From a virus (Duplodnaviria > Caudoviricetes), in the IMG/VR virus record IMGVR_UViG_3300014656_000030, positions 1-59,773 of that record: a DNA stretch of 59,773 nucleotides. The stretch is one strand, 5' to 3'. The notes beneath the pieces were generated by a model that saw only the letters and a list, made by a program, of their open reading frames with translations, had not been told where the DNA came from and did not search any database. Each line of letters opens with the position of its first letter. Positions within the stretch are counted from its first letter, which is position 1. Shown here one piece after another: positions 27,913 through 38,415 of the stretch. A program made the translations under genes and the position numbers.

Positions 27913-30900
27913 CTATCTGGTGCTCCTTATAACTGACCTTAATGAAGCATTCCCTCCGCGAAGCTCTCTAACGAACGGGCCGAGTACCGCATTTGGATTA
28001 CGACTACACAAATCTTGGAAACTCTTCGCGTCAACAGCATGTATATGCAACACTATCGGGCGATTATCATTACTGGATGCCTGACTTGCTTCAACACCTA
28101 AGTTACCACTTGGCATTCTGGTCAACGGCATAACCGCCTCTGGTCCAGCTTCGCCCATCAATCCAGCACCACTAGCCATAGGAAATATAGTAGGCTGCGT
28201 AACGACATTACCGCCACTGAATGCCGCACCAGAACCAAAGCCGGGCAACCCAGTCAACGTAAATTGGTCGGGGGATATGGTATCCCATGCCAATCCAGTA
28301 TCAACCAAAGTGGTTGTTGGAAATAAATTACCAGTTATGACTCCAGTTATACCACTAACCAATGCACCTATCAAGCCACCTAGCGGACTGCTACCGCCGC
28401 CCGCGCCGCCTATCAAAAACTCCTTCATCATCTGACCCATCACGTCGGTGAACGCCCTCAGCATTGAATCCAAAAGTGCAAGCCATATCTCCAAGAAACT
28501 ATCCATATCACCCTTAAAAGTCACGAACAGCATATCACTAAAGGTCTGCTCTATCGCGTTAGAAGTGCGCTCACTAAGCAGGACCATACGCTCATTGGAT
28601 TCCAGCATCCTTTGCTCAAACATTTCCATAATCTGTGTTCGTATCAGAAAGTAATCTTCATGACCTTTCAACAACGCGTCAAGTTGAGCCATTTCGCGCG
28701 TGTAATCTCTCCTGGCCAGTTGTTCCTTAGTGAAGAACATGTCTTCGTACTTATTTGTGATACCGTCTATAAAGTTTTCCTGCTTTGCTAGCTCCTTGTC
28801 TTCTAATACACCATGTTTTCCTTCTCTAGCCTCTGCCAGCAGTATCAATGCCTCACGTAATCTGTCCGCATCTTCTATTTGAGCCATGTATTTTGCTTTT
28901 GTCTCTTTGTACCAAAGGTCAATCTTCTGCGCATCATTCAGAAAGAGGCTATTATGAATATCTACAATGCTATTATACAGCTTTTCTTCTAGCTCCAACC
29001 TATTATCTGCGTACTCCTGGTCCTTATCCTCGCGAACATCCTGCAAGTGCATTATTAGCCTGTTAGCCTCTTCGCTTTCACCGTACAACGCACGAACATT
29101 CTTAACAGCCTGTTCGTATTCATATTGATTGATGGCAATCTTGCTCTGCGTCGTACTAATATACTTCGCCATGATACTATCGTAAAGGGCTTCCTGGCGC
29201 TTTGCGTGCTTAGCCTCTACAATATCCTTCTTTGCTATCGCCCTTAATGTTACCGTTACCTCTGCATCCTTATGCCCTTTATACAGGTCCATCAGAAAAT
29301 CATACTCGTTTTTTATCAACTGTTTCTGCTCTTCAAATTCATCAAGGCCAGCCGCCTTTATCTGAAGCTCCGGAAGCTCCTTTTGCATCTTCTCCAACCC
29401 GTGCGAAAGTTCATCGGTAAGAACAATTCCGACGCCTTCTGCATTTTCACTAATTGAACGGAACATTTCATCAATCATTGCCAGCTGAATATCAACATCA
29501 TTAAGGCTCTCCGTCCATCCCTCAAATGGGCTTGGTACATCTCCTGGTTTGTGCATGTTTGTAAAGATTTTATCAAGTGTTATCACAAGGCTTTCGGCAC
29601 CTTCATTCCATCCCGCAAACGGGTCTGGAAGCTCTGAGGGAAGGTCAAGAACTTGTGTTTTAAGGTCTTTGGTTGCCACATACAAATTCCCTGAAATATA
29701 ATCAATCGTGTCTGATATTTCATAAGCTATTTGGTTACCAATTTGACGACCTATATCGGCACCTATTTTATTAGGAATTCCGCCTGTTATACGCCATAAC
29801 TTAGCGACAATATCTAAAGTGGATATAATAAGCGTCGCGGCGTCCATATAGAACTCATGCGGCAACATCCGCTCCATATCTTCCATAGTGAGTGCAACCT
29901 TCCACTCGCGAAATTTATTTAAGGTATTGTCCAACGAATCATTGATATCCGTGAGCCAGTCCTTTATGATGCCAGAAGGAGTCATACCGAACAGTATCTC
30001 ATACCGCTCGATAAGAGAACCGAGCCTGTCCCACTGAGCGGATATCGTGTCCGTCTGTTTCTCAAAGGCTGTGTCAAGAGAACCGGAAGACCGTACCAAC
30101 TCCTTATATATCCGGTCTAGGTCATCCGCCTGCTTCCCTTGTAACGCCATAACACCTACGAGCGCACGGACGTTCTCAAAGAACGTTGCCGTCGCCTCTT
30201 GACTTCCCTGCGATGCTTTGGCAAGGTCCGCGAGCGCCCCGGCCAGCCCTTTGCTCTTTATCGCGGCGACGGAAAGGTCGGCTCCAAGTTCTGTAGCCAG
30301 CTTCTGTGCCTGCTTCGTTGGACTAAGGAACTGAACGAGCGTTCCTCGAAGCGAAGTCACCGCTTCGTCTGCCGACAGACCTCCAAGGGTAAGCGCGGCT
30401 ATAACAGCAGATAGTTCTTCGATGGAAATATCCAACGCCGCGGCGATAGGTATAACACGCCCGAACGAACCAGCAATCTGGTCACCAGTCAGTTTACCAA
30501 GTTCCACCGTTCTGAACAGAACATCATACACCCTATTGAGGTCCTCAAGTTCCATCCCGTAGGCATTAACGACGGTCGTACCAACGTCCATAGCGGTATA
30601 CTGGGAAGTAAGAGCCGCCGTAGCGAACTTCGCGGCAAGAGCTGTCGCCTCAACAGCGTCCTCCGCTGCTATATTCGCGCTGAGTGCCTGATACATGCCC
30701 TTAGAAAGTTCGGTGGCCTTGCCTAGCAGGGGATTTATCCCTAGAAGCTCCTCTCTCAGGCTCTGCATCCGCCTGTCGCTAACGTGAAGTATCGTCGTAA
30801 CGTTAGCCCATTCCTTCTCGAATGCAGCCGTCGTCTTAAGGACTTTCTTAAATTCGGCGATGAATGCGGTCGCCCCTCCCAGTGCCACGGTAAAGGGGTT

Positions 30901-31122
30901 AATCATCATACCAATCATAAGCCCCTGCATCTCCGTGGACATCTTTATACCAGACTGGAGCCCTTTAGTAAACCCTTCGGTGGCCTTCGTCATATTGAAG
31001 AAGCCACGGATGGACGTCTGCGATAGGTTAGCAAGATTTGACTTAAGCTTGGCAGTCTCGGTACGAGCCTGCGATGTGTCAAGTCCCCACGTCGCCATCA
31101 TCGAACCGACATTCGTACTCAT
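27913..31122 (-). CDS. Tape measure protein
   Basis: 1069 aa helical protein, TP901-type core, GEAGPEAVMPL. Confidence 0.93.
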   Translation of the reverse strand: MSTNVGSMMATWGLDTSQARTETAKLKSNLANLSQTSIRGFFNMTKATEGFTKGLQSGIKMSTEMQGLMIGMMINPFTVALGGATAFIAEFKKVLKTTAAFEKEWANVTTILHVSDRRMQSLREELLGINPLLGKATELSKGMYQALSANIAAEDAVEATALAAKFATAALTSQYTAMDVGTTVVNAYGMELEDLNRVYDVLFRTVELGKLTGDQIAGSFGRVIPIAAALDISIEELSAVIAALTLGGLSADEAVTSLRGTLVQFLSPTKQAQKLATELGADLSVAAIKSKGLAGALADLAKASQGSQEATATFFENVRALVGVMALQGKQADDLDRIYKELVRSSGSLDTAFEKQTDTISAQWDRLGSLIERYEILFGMTPSGIIKDWLTDINDSLDNTLNKFREWKVALTMEDMERMLPHEFYMDAATLIISTLDIVAKLWRITGGIPNKIGADIGRQIGNQIAYEISDTIDYISGNLYVATKDLKTQVLDLPSELPDPFAGWNEGAESLVITLDKIFTNMHKPGDVPSPFEGWTESLNDVDIQLAMIDEMFRSISENAEGVGIVLTDELSHGLEKMQKELPELQIKAAGLDEFEEQKQLIKNEYDFLMDLYKGHKDAEVTVTLRAIAKKDIVEAKHAKRQEALYDSIMAKYISTTQSKIAINQYEYEQAVKNVRALYGESEEANRLIMHLQDVREDKDQEYADNRLELEEKLYNSIVDIHNSLFLNDAQKIDLWYKETKAKYMAQIEDADRLREALILLAEAREGKHGVLEDKELAKQENFIDGITNKYEDMFFTKEQLARRDYTREMAQLDALLKGHEDYFLIRTQIMEMFEQRMLESNERMVLLSERTSNAIEQTFSDMLFVTFKGDMDSFLEIWLALLDSMLRAFTDVMGQMMKEFLIGGAGGGSSPLGGLIGALVSGITGVITGNLFPTTTLVDTGLAWDTISPDQFTLTGLPGFGSGAAFSGGNVVTQPTIFPMASGAGLMGEAGPEAVMPLTRMPSGNLGVEASQASSNDNRPIVLHIHAVDAKSFQDLCSRNPNAVLGPFVRELRGGNASLRSVIRSTR

Positions 31123-31442
31123 AGGCGCTTCCTGCCTTTTCCTTCTTGATTACCATTCTGTATTCTGGCTACGGCCATCATAAGCCTTTTCATTTCATCT
31201 ACCGATTGCGGTTCTTTCCTTGTGTTCCTTGGCACCGTTCGAGTCGTTCCTTCTCTTGTGGACAGAACCTGTAGACCTTCGCGCTCTTCCCTTTCAAGTT
31301 CACCCTTAAAAACATAGTAAGCCATCCATTCTGATAGTTGAGCAGACGTTAAATCATTAAGCAACACATCAGGATGTACTATTCCGAGCCTTTCGCAGAG
31401 TTCGAAATAGAAGCGGCGACTTGGCCGCCTTCTGAGTTTTTT
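31119..31442 (-). CDS. Tail assembly chaperone GT extension via -1 frameshift
   Basis: Slippery A AAA AAC at 31442-31436; -1 frame reads RRFYFELCERLG..PDVLL..EWMAYY. Confidence 0.8.
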   Translation of the reverse strand, partial: KKLRRRPSRRFYFELCERLGIVHPDVLLNDLTSAQLSEWMAYYVFKGELEREEREGLQVLSTREGTTRTVPRNTRKEPQSVDEMKRLMMAVARIQNGNQEGKGRKRL

Positions 31443-31822
31443 ATTAAATCCTCCCTGTCTTCTGACCTTATCTTGCTCAGCTTCTGCGCAACGGAGGCAA
31501 TCTTATTCAGCTTAGACCCAAGCATATTACCGCTCAGCGTTTCGTAGTCATCTGGGTCCAGAATAAGATTCCCGTTCTCGTCACATATGGTATTCACCGC
31601 CAACTTCGCTCTGAAGTCATCTAAAGAACGTTCATACGATACGATATTTCCTTTAGAATCTTTTACCTCCTTCGCAAGCACAGAATTTTCAAAACGGTCT
31701 CGCTCACGACCTGTCATCTCACGAACGTAGATAAATTCACCTTTACCCAGCGATACCTTTTCTATCGTTAGCTTTTCCTTCTTCAGGAGCTGTTCCCTTG
31801 TCATAATCACATCGTTACTCAT
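31379..31822 (-). CDS. Tail assembly chaperone G
   Basis: YVREMTG.ERD.F, ICDENG; located between tube and tape measure. Confidence 0.85.
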   Translation of the reverse strand: MSNDVIMTREQLLKKEKLTIEKVSLGKGEFIYVREMTGRERDRFENSVLAKEVKDSKGNIVSYERSLDDFRAKLAVNTICDENGNLILDPDDYETLSGNMLGSKLNKIASVAQKLSKIRSEDREDLIKNSEGGQVAASISNSAKGSE

Positions 31823-31888
31823 TTTATCTCCTTCACATAGAGTTATATGCTCATGATTAGAGCATAAACAAACCATTCAATCGTTAAC

Positions 31889-32326
31889 TTAGCCCGGACT
31901 CGGCCCACTACCAGAATTGACCGTGACCTGTCCACTCACTTTGATGGTAACGCTTGAACCAACCTTATCATCTGCCTTAGCAGAGAGCGGACACTCTGTA
32001 ACAAGACCCTGGAACTCAAAAGTCGTGTTATCAGCATCTGGCAAACCTATTTCATAGTTCTGCAAGTCGTCCGACTCAAAGTCTGTCATCATCGTTTCAT
32101 AACCGTTTCTTGTGAAGTTCATATCCAGCGTAACGGTACCGCCGTCTCTGAAGCTGGCTATAAACTCTCTGTATCCGCCGGTAGAATCCATGCTGGTGAC
32201 ATCAATCGTCTCCCTAGTCATTGTCGGGCCGCCGATATTTGTTATCTCTGCAATCCTATCCCACTGACCGGTTGACGAATTCCACCGCTTGAACGTTGTA
32301 CCGACACCAGAAAAAGCATCAGACAT
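31889..32326 (-). CDS. Major tail tube protein
   Basis: IGGP..TRETIDVT.MDS..EFI...DGG. Confidence 0.9.
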   Translation of the reverse strand: MSDAFSGVGTTFKRWNSSTGQWDRIAEITNIGGPTMTRETIDVTSMDSTGGYREFIASFRDGGTVTLDMNFTRNGYETMMTDFESDDLQNYEIGLPDADNTTFEFQGLVTECPLSAKADDKVGSSVTIKVSGQVTVNSGSGPSPG

Positions 32327-32333
32327 ACTCTTC

Positions 32334-32729
32334 TCACCTCCTTTGCATATCGATATTCCAAACAAAATGTACACGACCACGCTCATCGTGGTCTAGCATA
32401 GCGGGAGCGCCAGCCGACATTATTACTGAATAATAAGCACCATTCATGGTGATATGCCCATACCCGTGCAAAAAGTCTTTAATATCACGTATCATCGCCC
32501 ACGCGCTCGCATATATCTTATTCCTGACAAGAATCTGAACAGATGGACGTTCATACTTCTCATCCTTATCGAACGTAAGGTCGTCAGGAAATCCAGGAGT
32601 GTCAAACACGGTGACGCAGTTGCTCGGCTCTGGAGGCTCCAGTCCAATAAAAAGATTGACTCCATATGTTAAGCTGAGGTCCACAATCCCTTCAATCATG
32701 TCTTTGATATCGACACTTGGAGAATTCAT
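32334..32729 (-). CDS. Tail terminator
   Basis: FIG.EP..P, DTPG, P.VQILVR, D.RGR. Confidence 0.75.
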   Translation of the reverse strand: MNSPSVDIKDMIEGIVDLSLTYGVNLFIGLEPPEPSNCVTVFDTPGFPDDLTFDKDEKYERPSVQILVRNKIYASAWAMIRDIKDFLHGYGHITMNGAYYSVIMSAGAPAMLDHDERGRVHFVWNIDMQRR

Positions 32730-32731
32730 AA

Positions 32732-33340
32732 TTAGTCAATCTCCTGCTTCATCTTAGACCGTACTGCTCTACCTGTTCCACCTAGTGCGTATCCAGCTTC
32801 TTTCATCCGAGCTTCTTTAATTATCAGAGCTAACATCTTCACCTGATTGCGCCGTATCGCCGCCTGAAAATATTTCGGACCAGCGCCCCTTCGCTTAAAC
32901 TTGGCGTTCATCTTCTCGTGTATATAAAGGGCGTAGTAGGCGCCAAAACCAAATGATATAGCTTCCTGCGACATTGGAGCAGCTTCCATTATAGCCCTTG
33001 CCTCAGCTAAAGTCTGCGCATGTCCCTTAACGAGCCGTTCTATATCGACAGGCTCCTCGACCGTGCCGGCACCGGTCTTAACCGAGCGAGTCCTCTTAAA
33101 CCTGGGAGAATTACCAGCTGGCGTACTCCCTCTCGAAGTGGTCACGAACCAGCTAGCTCTCAGATTACCGGTGTCTACCGGTATCTTGGGCGCTACCTTA
33201 TCCATATCTTTACGCAGCATCGCTACCGCGCGGATAAGTCCAGACATCGTCCTGTTCTCGACCTGTCGTATTGCCTCATTCGTGTTGGCGATAACCTCGT
33301 CTAAACCTTCTACGCCCGTTTTAAAGCGCGGCGGACTCAT
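32732..33340 (-). CDS. Neck/tail completion protein (HK97 gp10-like)
   Basis: PVDTGNLRAS, YALYIHE, KYF. Confidence 0.8.
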   Translation of the reverse strand: MSPPRFKTGVEGLDEVIANTNEAIRQVENRTMSGLIRAVAMLRKDMDKVAPKIPVDTGNLRASWFVTTSRGSTPAGNSPRFKRTRSVKTGAGTVEEPVDIERLVKGHAQTLAEARAIMEAAPMSQEAISFGFGAYYALYIHEKMNAKFKRRGAGPKYFQAAIRRNQVKMLALIIKEARMKEAGYALGGTGRAVRSKMKQEID

Positions 33341-33702
33341 AAGTACACCATCCTAAAGAAATCGTTCGTCTCAAGTGGGCCTGGTATCTTATCCGCACGT
33401 ATAATCCTGTATGCGGTGCTGATGCTGATAGGGTCGTCCTCTTCATCAGAATCAAGGTCTTCGAGCGTTCCGAGGAACAATATCCCCCGTTTGTCAAGGT
33501 CTTGCGTGACTATAACCTTAGCCTTTGATACGACCTCTTGCCCCATTGCATTGGTTACAACTTCAGTAACGCCATACCATGCCACTGGTATTTCCTCCGG
33601 ATTATCGTATGTGAACCCTCCAGACCCATCATCCGCTGGATTACCCCAATACACGGCAGTCTGCACTGCCAATAGTTCACAAAGGTCTTGCATTGCACCC
33701 AT
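33337..33702 (-). CDS. Head closure protein
   Basis: QTAVYW..D..G..Y..P.EI; gene position. Confidence 0.7.
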   Translation of the reverse strand: MGAMQDLCELLAVQTAVYWGNPADDGSGGFTYDNPEEIPVAWYGVTEVVTNAMGQEVVSKAKVIVTQDLDKRGILFLGTLEDLDSDEEDDPISISTAYRIIRADKIPGPLETNDFFRMVYL

Positions 33703-33703
33703 A

Positions 33704-34090
33704 TCAATCGTACTCGAAGCTCGTTATCGCCCTGAGCGTCGGTCTCCTTTTCCCCAAAGCCGCCATCTTACCAGTAGAATCCAACATCAGCACGGTCTGA
33801 CCATATGTCGTAGAACGAAGTTGCTGTCCAAAACTGTCCGAGAACCTAACCGACGGGGCCGGACCACCTCCGGCTTCCTTCAGCATCTTACTACGCTGAA
33901 TCGTAGCAACGATAATATGAGCAGTCAGCCAGCACTCTATCTGCTCTTTAAGAGCGTCAGTTATCGTTGTGTCGCTACCTAGAACCTCTGTGACCAACTC
34001 ATTAGCCGTCAGAATAAAAGAATCAACGGTGCCGGTAGCAACGCTTTCCGAAAGGATAGCATTCACCTCAGCAGCAGTCGTTCTAGCCAT
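33704..34090 (-). CDS. Head-tail connector
   Basis: WLTAH, STTYGQ..LDSTG. Confidence 0.75.
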   Translation of the reverse strand: MARTTAAEVNAILSESVATGTVDSFILTANELVTEVLGSDTTITDALKEQIECWLTAHIIVATIQRSKMLKEAGGGPAPSVRFSDSFGQQLRSTTYGQTVLMLDSTGKMAALGKRRPTLRAITSFEYD

Positions 34091-34796
34091 GCGCGTGCAC
34101 CCCTTTCCTTGCCTTCCATAGTTTAGGGTCGACGAACTCTATGATTGCCTTCTCGTTCCATTCCAGTCCAAGCCATTCTACGACATCATATAACTGCCGG
34201 TAATCTCCGCGAACCATCCTATCCGGCCATATTACCTTACAGTTCAACCCATTCTCTATCATCTCCACAAATCTGTTACGATGCTGACGCTCCCACCACA
34301 ACCATCCGTCAAATTCAGAGCTTACCTTCACCGCCCGCTGTATAAATGATTTCCTATATGCGGACATAAACGCAGTCTTGCAACAAGAATGGGCGATATC
34401 GCTTGGTTTTCTCCGAACTATTATCCACTTCGCATCAGGAAAAGAATGAAACCATATCGGCCACATTAAACACATCTTGGCACCCTTGTAAAACCAAGGG
34501 CCTTCCTTATACCCCTCATCCATAAACACCTTTTGAACCTTCTGTCTCCAATCAGACGGTATCGGAAGATTATGAATATCTGGTAATGGGTACTGCCCAA
34601 GTCTATCTACCCTAATAGATTCGAAATACGGCTTAACCAGCGTCTGGACCACTCGTACGTTTTCATACATACCCTTCCTGTTGTTACTATTCGCTCCGCG
34701 CATTACACCACCAAACGCATTACACCTAAATATAGAACCTGCAACAAGGCTAGTACCAGAACGAGCGGCACCGGTTATCAATATAGGTTCTTTCAT
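34083..34796 (-). CDS. Sulfotransferase-family protein
   Basis: ITGAARSGTS PAPS loop, N..G.YE, VRR.P..A.S; ATGA overlap. Confidence 0.8.
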   Translation of the reverse strand: MKEPILITGAARSGTSLVAGSIFRCNAFGGVMRGANSNNRKGMYENVRVVQTLVKPYFESIRVDRLGQYPLPDIHNLPIPSDWRQKVQKVFMDEGYKEGPWFYKGAKMCLMWPIWFHSFPDAKWIIVRRKPSDIAHSCCKTAFMSAYRKSFIQRAVKVSSEFDGWLWWERQHRNRFVEMIENGLNCKVIWPDRMVRGDYRQLYDVVEWLGLEWNEKAIIEFVDPKLWKARKGVHAHG

Positions 34797-37216
34797 TTCC
34801 AATTTTGTTTCACCCAATCCAACTCCTCCACTATTGCGTGAGGTCTCGGTCGTCCGTGAAAGCATATAACCCTCGCATTCTTAGGTAATTCATGCCTACA
34901 ATTACGCTTATATGAATAAATACCAGCAAAATAATTTTGCAAGGACTTGTATTGAATACCCTTTAATTTTAATTTGCTATGAAAATATTCCTGGTCCCCC
35001 ATCTTAAATCTAGACACCAAATCAGGGTCAAATTCATCGAATATAAAGTTACAGGTACCGTTGTCCCAAATCATTATTCCAGAAGCAAATAAGCCATTAC
35101 TCCTGCTTTTCTTATTCCAAGGGGTAAGGGCAAAGAAATCAGAATTTAATCTTAATAAGTCATCAATATTACCCAATATTACAGTGTCCAAATCCAGGTA
35201 CACAATATTATTAGAATCAAATATCCCCTCCCTAAATATCTCAACTTTACTCCACCATCCAGCTAAATTACGGTCTAATTGTACAATTCTAACCCCATCC
35301 AAACTTATATCCATATCAGTAAAACAGGTTAAATCATATGGAACAGTTATGTTTCTACTCAGGGCGTTCCTAAGATGTTCAACATACCTTATGTCATAAT
35401 CCCCTCCAGATTTTAACACGCATACTACAGACGTGGAAATATTATTACGCTCAGGCAACTCCTCCGCCAAGTTTCTTATGGACACATACGCCTTATCATG
35501 AGGGTTTTCTACAACCTCAGAAGTCTGTGCTGTTTCATTATTGTCATAATAATTAGGCCCAGTGTATGGTTGGTCATTTATAACAGCAATAGCGCGGTCT
35601 GAAAATATCTCCCAATCAACCTTATCAGCAAATTCAGGAAAGTATGTTTTGTGTATAGTATCTGGCGGAAATGTATTATAGGCAAAATTCCGGTGTACGC
35701 CGTTGGTATAAAGATACCTATGGTATAGTAGGATAGTTTTCACTCCGAACACCCCAGACATAATAGTTATGCCAGAGTTCATACCGATTACTGCTTGGCT
35801 CCCCCTTATAAGCCCAAACACCTCCTCAAGAGCGGTTTTACCCCTCAAATCTACAGTGTTCTTTGGAAGCATCTTAGCTAGTTTGTCTAATTCTAAATCA
35901 TCCTTATCCCACCTAGCCCCAATTAATACTGGTTTTAATCCAGTAGTACCAACTATTTTATTAACAGCACTAGCTATCTGTTTAATGCTTATGTCTTCCA
36001 ACAGCAATTTACTAGTACCAACCAGCACCCAGTAAAGTAATAAATAATCGCCATATTGCAATATTGCCCTTTTTCTGTAATTTTCCTCATTCAAAGATAT
36101 AAACCTAGGTAGATACCAGTTGCACTTCAAATCAGGGGCCTGTTCCTGTAATGACTTACCGGCCCTTAAATACCCATTCCAAGTTATGAAATAGTCGCAC
36201 CCCTGTACGCTCTCAAATATAGAACGCCCCTGCTCCAAATATGCTTCTTTCCAAACCGGGTCTTTTTTGTTGAATTTTACTTCTCCTGTTGAATAAAGAA
36301 ATGGAAACATCTCCAAGAACGGAAATGAACGGGCATGTGAATCGTATTTCTTGGCCCTTGGGGCGGCCACATACGCATCCACCGGCTCGGACAGTCCTTC
36401 CCGCTTCAAAAAGGATTCAGTCTTTATAAGAGTCCAATATACGTCCCCCACACCAGGAGGTAGTAAAAGACTTGGCCTATGCTGAGTAGGTTTACTCAGC
36501 TCAAATACAACCTTGGTGGGCTCCTTTTCTATAGTACCATTTACCAAAAATCCAATTCTCTTTACTAGTTTAACCAATTGCTCTGGCTTAAAATACCATA
36601 TGTGCTCTATCCTCTTCCAATGACCTAAAGCATCAGGATGGAAAAATAAAGGCAATTCCATATAGCATCTTCCATTAGGTTGCAACACTCTAAATATCTC
36701 TTTTAAAAATCTTATTGGGTCTAACACATGCTCTACTACATCAGCGCATACTATAGTATCAAAATGCTCTGTTGGAAAATGTATGCTCTCAAATTTTTTG
36801 AAATATATGAATTCATTCTCAGGAGCATAATGATACCTAGTAAGTTCACATCCATATGCTTCTATTCCCTTATCCCTACAATATGCCACCAAAGCCCCAC
36901 TACCGCATCCTATATCCAATACTCGTTTAGATAACGCCAATCCCAGCCTATTGAAAGTCTTTTGAGCATTGTTTGCATCATGCGAATAATTACCCGCAGT
37001 AAATGCTTTTTTAGATGGAGGATACTTTGTGGAGTACTGTAAATCATACTCAGCCTCGGTGGCAAATGGTAAATCTACCTGTCTGACCATACCACAAGTA
37101 TTACACACCTCTATTGGTATAGAACAAGGCTCAGATTTACCAGCAGCACTGGTTACAAAACCATCATGAGCGTCTGAGCTGAAATTTAAACTCCCACAAA
37201 CGCAGTTCATTAGCAT
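34793..37216 (-). CDS. Trifunctional SAM methyltransferase / GT9-like / GT-A glycosyltransferase
   Basis: VLDIGCGSG; PGVGD..DLRGKT.L..IG.NSG; GWWSK..YLDLD..GDQ..FHG.PRP. Confidence 0.85.
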   Translation of the reverse strand: MLMNCVCGSLNFSSDAHDGFVTSAAGKSEPCSIPIEVCNTCGMVRQVDLPFATEAEYDLQYSTKYPPSKKAFTAGNYSHDANNAQKTFNRLGLALSKRVLDIGCGSGALVAYCRDKGIEAYGCELTRYHYAPENEFIYFKKFESIHFPTEHFDTIVCADVVEHVLDPIRFLKEIFRVLQPNGRCYMELPLFFHPDALGHWKRIEHIWYFKPEQLVKLVKRIGFLVNGTIEKEPTKVVFELSKPTQHRPSLLLPPGVGDVYWTLIKTESFLKREGLSEPVDAYVAAPRAKKYDSHARSFPFLEMFPFLYSTGEVKFNKKDPVWKEAYLEQGRSIFESVQGCDYFITWNGYLRAGKSLQEQAPDLKCNWYLPRFISLNEENYRKRAILQYGDYLLLYWVLVGTSKLLLEDISIKQIASAVNKIVGTTGLKPVLIGARWDKDDLELDKLAKMLPKNTVDLRGKTALEEVFGLIRGSQAVIGMNSGITIMSGVFGVKTILLYHRYLYTNGVHRNFAYNTFPPDTIHKTYFPEFADKVDWEIFSDRAIAVINDQPYTGPNYYDNNETAQTSEVVENPHDKAYVSIRNLAEELPERNNISTSVVCVLKSGGDYDIRYVEHLRNALSRNITVPYDLTCFTDMDISLDGVRIVQLDRNLAGWWSKVEIFREGIFDSNNIVYLDLDTVILGNIDDLLRLNSDFFALTPWNKKSRSNGLFASGIMIWDNGTCNFIFDEFDPDLVSRFKMGDQEYFHSKLKLKGIQYKSLQNYFAGIYSYKRNCRHELPKNARVICFHGRPRPHAIVEELDWVKQNWK

Positions 37217-38415
37217 ACCTCCTCATACAACTCTTTCAACTCAGAAATCATACAAGGCCCATCAAACTGAGTTGCCGCCATATACATATCAATCACATCC
37301 ATCGACGTCCTCGGTTCTAATACCGGAAATGAAAAGATACTATCCAGTATTCCAGTTATATTTGAGGTGTGGGTAGGCCCAGCATAGAACGGTTTTACGC
37401 TTCCTACAACAGCCTTTATAATCACATGGAACTTAAATTCACCGTCTGATATACGTTCTATCATATCAAGCTGATTCACCAAGGCGTCCATAGCATTCCA
37501 AATAAAATCATGGCGTTCAAAGAACAGCACAGATTTGAACCCCTCAAGTGACATCCCCATGGCCAATCCGGCCATCAGGTTCTCCGCCACAGGGGTTTCT
37601 AACTTCTGCTCGTTAGGAATATTTTCCAGTGTACTATATGCAGAACCATGCCGCACGTTATACCCCACAAATATATAGCCTTTAGCGGCAAGTATTGCCA
37701 TAGCCTCTGTTACTGCCTGCTTGTATTTTCGTGGGGCAATAGACGGTGGGTCTAATGTAAATTTCCACTTCTTTGGCGCATCTAAGACAACAGCCTCCCG
37801 CTTAAATTTAAGCCACCCTCCAGAACCTGACCCGGCGTGAGGATATATTGGGGTATAATCATAGTGTAAAACACAATGGAATTGCCGCGCATATTCAGAA
37901 GCCCAATGCTTAATATTCCACCGTTCTATTCTGGTACTAGTAACAGAGCGATTGTTATCTTCTATTACAAACGTGCACGGTAATTCAAATCCGTCCACAT
38001 ACCTACACGCCTCATACAAGTGGCCTTCGTCAGAGGCCCCATCTCCAATAAAACACCACACGTGCCGGTCGCTCCCCTTTTTCTTCAAGGCCCATGCCAC
38101 CCCAGCAGCAATTCCAGGAGTGCCCGCCAATATGGATGACGAATAGAAATTCAACTTCCTGTCAAATATAAACATACTCTTACCGGCATCCACAAATCGT
38201 TCCAGACGTTTTACACTACCCCCGGCAAGTAGGTAATGATAGTGCGACCTATGCGTTGAAAATACATAATCCCCCTTGGTAAAACTTTCAGTGAACAGTT
38301 TAATAAGCTCATCCTCATTACCGCCGGATAAGTGAGTTAAATATGGGTATTGTCCATCGTCATATTTGGCAGCCAATGTTTTTTCTATATCTATCAGTTG
38401 ACGTTTGGTTAACAT
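37210..38415 (-). CDS. TPP-dependent E1 alpha/beta-like fused enzyme
   Basis: HLSGGNE, STHRSH, GDG..EG..EDNN; ETPVAEN..G.A.G, GPTH. Confidence 0.88.
   Translation of the reverse strand: MLTKRQLIDIEKTLAAKYDDGQYPYLTHLSGGNEDELIKLFTESFTKGDYVFSTHRSHYHYLLAGGSVKRLERFVDAGKSMFIFDRKLNFYSSSILAGTPGIAAGVAWALKKKGSDRHVWCFIGDGASDEGHLYEACRYVDGFELPCTFVIEDNNRSVTSTRIERWNIKHWASEYARQFHCVLHYDYTPIYPHAGSGSGGWLKFKREAVVLDAPKKWKFTLDPPSIAPRKYKQAVTEAMAILAAKGYIFVGYNVRHGSAYSTLENIPNEQKLETPVAENLMAGLAMGMSLEGFKSVLFFERHDFIWNAMDALVNQLDMIERISDGEFKFHVIIKAVVGSVKPFYAGPTHTSNITGILDSIFSFPVLEPRTSMDVIDMYMAATQFDGPCMISELKELYEEVC

Noticed and set aside
37210-38415. Pyruvate dehydrogenase auxiliary metabolic gene
   Set aside because: No E2/E3, truncated beta part, and sugar-pathway context
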